Below are positions 59,915 to 64,000 of a DNA stretch of 64,000 nt, in pieces. Source of the stretch: Candidatus Phoenicimicrobium oleiphilum (GTDB lineage: Bacteria > Atribacterota > Phoenicimicrobiia > Phoenicimicrobiales > Phoenicimicrobiaceae); contig JBDIWJ010000005.1 in NCBI GenBank assembly GCA_039638295.1, positions 416-64,415 on the forward strand, read 5' to 3'. The position numbers and the translations under genes were made by a program. The notes beneath the pieces are model-generated. The model was not told where the DNA came from. It was given only the letters and a program-made list of their open reading frames with translations, and did not search any database. Position 1 is the first letter of the stretch; the number at the start of each line of letters is the position of its first letter.

Positions 59915-60001
59915 TTTATTGTCCCTCCTTTTTAAAATTTTTCTTTATATTTATTTGTATTCGACAAAAGACCTAAAAATCCTTCCTATTTGAGAAATAT
60001 A

Positions 60002-61291
60002 TTATGGTAAAAAAGATAACCACCGGGGAGCAGATATGATTAAAATTTTATTCTTTTGATTTGTGACTATTTTCCCGACATGTTTTTTATTTACTAGTTG
60101 AATAGCAGGTATGTTGAGTTTATTCTGGAATTTTATCAAGTTATTTGAGATATTTTCACCTGATAACTTACATTCGATCAACAGTATAGGATAATGATCC
60201 TTACAAATAAGAAAATCAATCTCTTCTTTTTCTTTATTACGAATATAATGCAGGGAGAAATTTGCTAATCCCAAATCGTTCCAATTCAAAATTGCCCGAT
60301 ATAACTCTAAAGCAATCATATTTTCAAAACGAATACCTCTATCATTTATCTGGGCATAATCAAAAAGATAAATCTTCTTTTCCTTTTTAATTGCCCGAGG
60401 AATTTTATGTGTCCATGGTAATATTCGAAATATCAAATAATGGATTTCAAATACTTCAAGCCAGGTTTTGACACTGTCCACGGATACCTGGACATCTGTA
60501 TTTAATGAACTTAAAGAGAGAGGATTACCCACTTTTAGAGGTAAGAGTGAATATAAAATTTCCAGGGAATCAAACTTTTTAATTTGGGTCAAATCTCGAA
60601 TATCCTCCCGAATTAACTGGTGCTGATAATTATTGGACCACAATCGGTAAAAATCCTTTTTGCCTTTCAAGAATGGTTCAGGAAATCCACTAAGTTCAAA
60701 AAGATCATCCCATAAACTATAATCCGTTTTATTATCTTCTTGAAAATGAAGAGGATGTTTAACGAAAGAAGGTATAGAGTTCTGGTAATGCGTCAATTCC
60801 GAATAGGTAAAAGGTAGCAAGTGGAATTTCATATATCTGCCAGCCAAGGAATCTCCACCTTTTTGATACAAATCTAATCTACCGCTGCCGGTAACCAGAA
60901 ACTTGTATTCCTTGGCAAATCTATCATAAACTCCTTTGAGATAATTCTTCCAATTGCTGTATTTATGAATTTCGTCAAAAATAACCAGCGGGATCGATTC
61001 ATCCCTCCGGTCGACTTTCTCAAAAAAGTAAGGATTTTGAATCAACTCTCTCTTGCTGGGAATATCATCCCAGTTAAAGTAAACTTGGTTGCTAAAATCC
61101 CCGGCTATCATCTTTGCCAGGGTCGTCTTCCCGCTTTGCCTGGGACCAGACAAAAATACCATATTTTTATAAGATGATAGCTTTTGCCATATTTTTTGAT
61201 AAATGATTCTTTCTTTCATAGTAACTATAATACTAACTAATTCGAAAAAAGTCAAGACTTTTTTCGATAAGACTCGGAAAAAGTCATTCAA
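60002..61291 (-). CDS. AAA+ ATPase of the COG1373/DUF4143 family (true start probably MKERII at ~61219)
   Basis: Walker A GPRQSGKTT, Walker B VIFDEIH. Confidence 0.6.
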   Translation of the reverse strand: MNDFFRVLSKKVLTFFELVSIIVTMKERIIYQKIWQKLSSYKNMVFLSGPRQSGKTTLAKMIAGDFSNQVYFNWDDIPSKRELIQNPYFFEKVDRRDESIPLVIFDEIHKYSNWKNYLKGVYDRFAKEYKFLVTGSGRLDLYQKGGDSLAGRYMKFHLLPFTYSELTHYQNSIPSFVKHPLHFQEDNKTDYSLWDDLFELSGFPEPFLKGKKDFYRLWSNNYQHQLIREDIRDLTQIKKFDSLEILYSLLPLKVGNPLSLSSLNTDVQVSVDSVKTWLEVFEIHYLIFRILPWTHKIPRAIKKEKKIYLFDYAQINDRGIRFENMIALELYRAILNWNDLGLANFSLHYIRNKEKEEIDFLICKDHYPILLIECKLSGENISNNLIKFQNKLNIPAIQLVNKKHVGKIVTNQKNKILIISAPRWLSFLP

Positions 61292-61306
61292 GGATTTAAA
61301 TAAATT

Positions 61307-61583
61307 TTATATAAGATAGTAAGTCTGAAAGCCTTTTTTTATAAGGGTTTTGGAGGTAGATTGCGAAATAATGCGTATAAGAAAAAATTTTTGCCTTTGC
61401 CATACTTTATCCCTCGAAAATTACCTTTTTTTAACCAATTTTTTCATACTCTCAAATGCTGAAAGTGGCTATTTATAAGGGGTTTTAAGATTTTAGAGGA
61501 GTAAAAATACCTCAAAATCAGGGTAGTTAAATAGCTACACTTTTCTAAATTTAAACGCTAAAAAAGGCACTTTACGTGTGGTT
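61307..61583. repeat. Copy 1 of a ~277-bp direct repeat (ends ...GGCACTTTACGTGTGGTT); internally contains two CTGAAAG-N-TTTATAAGGGTTTT sub-repeats
   Basis: ~88% identical to 63343-63618 by eye alignment. Confidence 0.7.
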
Positions 61584-61874
61584 CTTGTGTCTTTAGTCCA
61601 ATTTGGGGAAAGCCCTTAAATATCCATACGGTTTTTTCTTAATTTAAAGTTCTATTACATATCGAAACCTAGTCACTCTTACTCACATTATTATATATGG
61701 GTAACAGAAATTTTTTTATAACATTCATTACATATGCAAATTCAATATCCTGTTGGCCTATCTTTTTTAGAAACAATTTCCATTGATTTATTCTATTATT
61801 ATCTTCGATAAAGTCTTTCTTAAAAACCTGATCAAATTTTAAAATATCTGTTCCTCTTCTCTTAAAAGTTTCTA

Positions 61875-62529
61875 CTATGGCCTTCTGTAAAAAATCTCTA
61901 TTAAATTTTTTTCAGATAGCAAAATAAAAATGTCGTAAAAATCTTTCATTCTGCTGTTCAGCTCTCCCAGAGAAACAATGGCCTCAAATTTTTCTGCTAT
62001 AACAGATTCAAAAGAATACATTTTTATTTTAGGATAATCCATATCCAGAAATACAGGATAATCAGCTATAATAACTTCCGGCATAACAATATCATTAAAA
62101 CCTATATCTACCCAAAGCATTTCCTTAGCTTTCCCAAGATGCCCAGTTAATTTTACTCTTACTCCTTCATATTTAGCTTCTTTCCTGATCTCTTCAACTA
62201 AAACAGAATTAGAATCAAATACAACGCTATCATCGTATTCAATCTTACATATATTTTTAAATATCTCTTTTATATTCTCCATATCATTTGATATTTGATA
62301 AGCCAGAAAATCTATATCTCTGGTCGGCCTACCCGTAAATTCAGACATTGAAAATAATAACAACCCACCTTTTAATATAAAATATCTTTATACTCAGAAA
62401 CACTTAAACGATATAATAATCTCTCTTGCATGTATAACTGCAGGATAAGATTAAAAGTTTTTTTGTAATCTTTGGCAATATTTTTAAGCCTTGCTATAAC
62501 TGAAGCCTCCATATTTCTTACTTCATTTC
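61875..62529 (-). pseudogene. AbiEii/AbiGii-family nucleotidyltransferase toxin (type IV TA), frameshifted into two pieces
   Basis: N-terminal piece (62371-62529; MRNEVRNMEASVIARLKNIAKDYKKTF...SVSEYKDILY*) ends at a TAA; an alternative reading frame continues (F)ILKGGLLLFSMSEFTGRPTRDIDFLA into ORF 61875-62363; an indel in the ATATTTTATATTAAAAGG run. Confidence 0.6.
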
Positions 62530-63141
62530 TCATACAAGTACCTCTATATATTTTTGAACGATTTCCTTAACCTTTGCTTTGGCCGCATAATTCATAAGTT
62601 TAGAAATATTTTTATCTCTTCTTTTAACATATTCCTTGATACTTTCTATAATAATATCTTTACTGATTTTATCTTCATATCTTAGGCAATCACATATAGT
62701 TTTTTCAATATTATATATCTTAATAATATTCCCATTTATATCTATTTTTTCCACTCCATCCATATAATATTTATCAGAAAAATAATAAAGTTTTATCGGC
62801 GGGTAATCAGGTAGTTTTATATTATAATTTCTCCTGACCGCTATCGTATATTCCCCCGGGGTATAAGTTGTAAGCTCATGGTAAGCCAGGGCTGATACAA
62901 GGCAAATAATTCCATGTTGAACAATTTTGGATACATTAATCAGTTCTTCTTCAACATCAAATTTAGCATCCTTCCATCTATACAAACCCCGCTTTATTCT
63001 TTCAATAGCATCCTCATTAATTAAATCTCTCAGGTATTTTCTATTTGTGCCTTTAGAACTTAGGTCTTTTGTTCTAATATAACCATGATTAACATAAAAA
63101 ACTTCTTTGATTTTCTCTTTAATTTTATTTTTCAATTTCAT
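62530..63141 (-). CDS. AbiEi-family antitoxin/transcriptional regulator (type IV TA)
   Basis: N-terminal GYIRTKDL...IERIKRGLYRW pattern of AbiEi; immediately upstream of AbiEii with overlapping stop/start. Confidence 0.55.
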   Translation of the reverse strand: MKLKNKIKEKIKEVFYVNHGYIRTKDLSSKGTNRKYLRDLINEDAIERIKRGLYRWKDAKFDVEEELINVSKIVQHGIICLVSALAYHELTTYTPGEYTIAVRRNYNIKLPDYPPIKLYYFSDKYYMDGVEKIDINGNIIKIYNIEKTICDCLRYEDKISKDIIIESIKEYVKRRDKNISKLMNYAAKAKVKEIVQKYIEVLV

Positions 63142-63342
63142 TCCCTTGCTTTTACAAAACTACGGCATTATGCTTTATTGCCGTAGATTTGTATATTTCT
63201 TTCCTTATTATACTTCTCTTCTCTATTTTTTCAAGTATGCATCTAATATTTTAAATATATTTTTATAGGAAGCATCAAGCGACCCCATAATTTAACATTA
63301 ATAAAATTATAATATAAATAAGCTTTTTGGCAGGGATAAACT

Positions 63343-63618
63343 TTATATAAGATAGTAAGTCTGAAAGCCTTATTTTATAAGGGTTTTAGGGACAGATTGC
63401 GAGATTTTGTTTATATGAAGAAATTTTTACCCTGGCTATAGTTTATCCCTCGAAAATTGCTCTTTTTTAACCAATTTTTTCACCCTTCTAAATACTGAAA
63501 GTGGCTATTTATAAGGGTTTTAAGATTTTATAGGAGTAAAAATACCCCAAAATTAGGGTAGTTAAATGGCTAATTTTTCGAAAATTTAAACGCTAAAAAA
63601 GGCACTTTCCGTGTGGTT
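63343..63618. repeat. Copy 2 of the ~277-bp direct repeat
   Basis: Aligned to 61307-61583. Confidence 0.7.
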
Positions 63619-63736
63619 TAAAACTTCCTAAAGGGATTTAATTTTCATTTTCTAAATAACGCTTAAATCCTTATAAATAAAAGCTTACATATACTAAATG
63701 AAGCAAGTATGATATGTATTATCGATTCGTTTCTTA

Positions 63737-63943
63737 TTAAAAGGCATCTTCGTGTTTTACTATAGCCAGAATATATACTTCCTCTCTTTCTTTTCTATAT
63801 ATACACCTATAGTTTTTATTGATGCTAAATTCCCATATATTAATAGTGCCTTTTACTGTTTTATTTCGTAAAGAAGGATGCTGCGGATTCTTTATAAGCA
63901 TTTCTAAACACCAATAAAATTTTCCTTTTATAGGTTCTGACAA
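63737..63943 (-). CDS. RelE/ParE-family type II toxin
   Basis: 68 aa; C-terminal YRCIYRKEREEVYILAIVKHED matches the RelE/ParE signature. Confidence 0.5.
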   Translation of the reverse strand: MSEPIKGKFYWCLEMLIKNPQHPSLRNKTVKGTINIWEFSINKNYRCIYRKEREEVYILAIVKHEDAF

Positions 63944-64000
63944 CTTTTTCTTGTTTTTAAGTTCCTTTATTAGATGATCTGGAATATTTATTTTTTTAAT

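Noticed and set aside
61307-61583. Small ORFs inside the 277-bp repeats (e.g. MRIRKNFCLCHTLSLENYLFF)
   Set aside because: Not conserved between the two copies (frames differ); repeats are treated as non-coding

Overview
This is a 64-kb AT-rich window in which every supportable protein-coding gene lies on the minus strand. The RBS-like GGAGG motifs and bacterial-type regulators (GntR, IclR) point to an anaerobic fermentative bacterium; no rRNA, tRNA or CRISPR array is present. Reading in the direction of transcription (high to low coordinates), the window holds six blocks.

(1) 63943-60002: defence/TA genes (RelE/ParE-like toxin, an AbiEi/AbiEii pair with frameshifted AbiEii, a COG1373 AAA ATPase) separated by two ~277-bp direct repeats.

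(2) 59914-44545: housekeeping and amino-acid fermentation genes. These are NadE, an M55 D-aminopeptidase, two amino-acid ABC systems (polar-aa and Liv), indolepyruvate:ferredoxin oxidoreductase IorAB, and ADP-forming acetyl-CoA synthetase alpha and beta genes split by the liv operon.

(3) 44492-28001: the stand-out locus. Two complete three-subunit xanthine-dehydrogenase-family molybdenum hydroxylases lie in tandem. Immediately upstream is a full set of selenium-dependent molybdenum hydroxylase (SDMH) accessory genes: YqeC-like, YgfJ/MocA-like, YqeB-like, XdhC, YedE, a YedF/TusA-like protein, an EF2568-type cysteine desulfurase and a DUF3343 putative Se/S carrier. A ModE-like regulator, a MoCF-domain protein and a DUF364 protein complete the block.

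(4) 27815-18562: an ABC transporter, an IclR regulator, an arcC-pyrB-pyrC cluster (carbamate kinase, aspartate carbamoyltransferase, a dihydroorotase-like amidohydrolase) and GTP-dependent PEP carboxykinase.

(5) 18263-2850: a GntR-headed block. It carries an AtuA-like DUF1446/DUF4387 pair, an HD hydrolase, LeuC/LeuD/LeuB-like and PrpD-like 2-oxoacid chain-elongation enzymes and two saccharopine-dehydrogenase-family paralogs. A clear lysine riboswitch (L-box with terminator) sits between the two paralogs, ahead of the second paralog, a class-III aminotransferase, a COG2403 P-loop protein and an NhaC (LysW-like) transporter.

(6) 2684-325: a tungsten-type aldehyde:ferredoxin oxidoreductase with a ThiS/MoaD-like carrier.

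The non-coding DNA carries several recurrent elements that no gene explains. These are a family of GC-rich hairpins with a GTAGGGG/CCCCTAC core and a conserved CTACTTCTGGnTTCTGG tail, phased 7-/8-nt micro-repeats in many intergenic regions, nested-palindrome elements, and conserved leader motifs.
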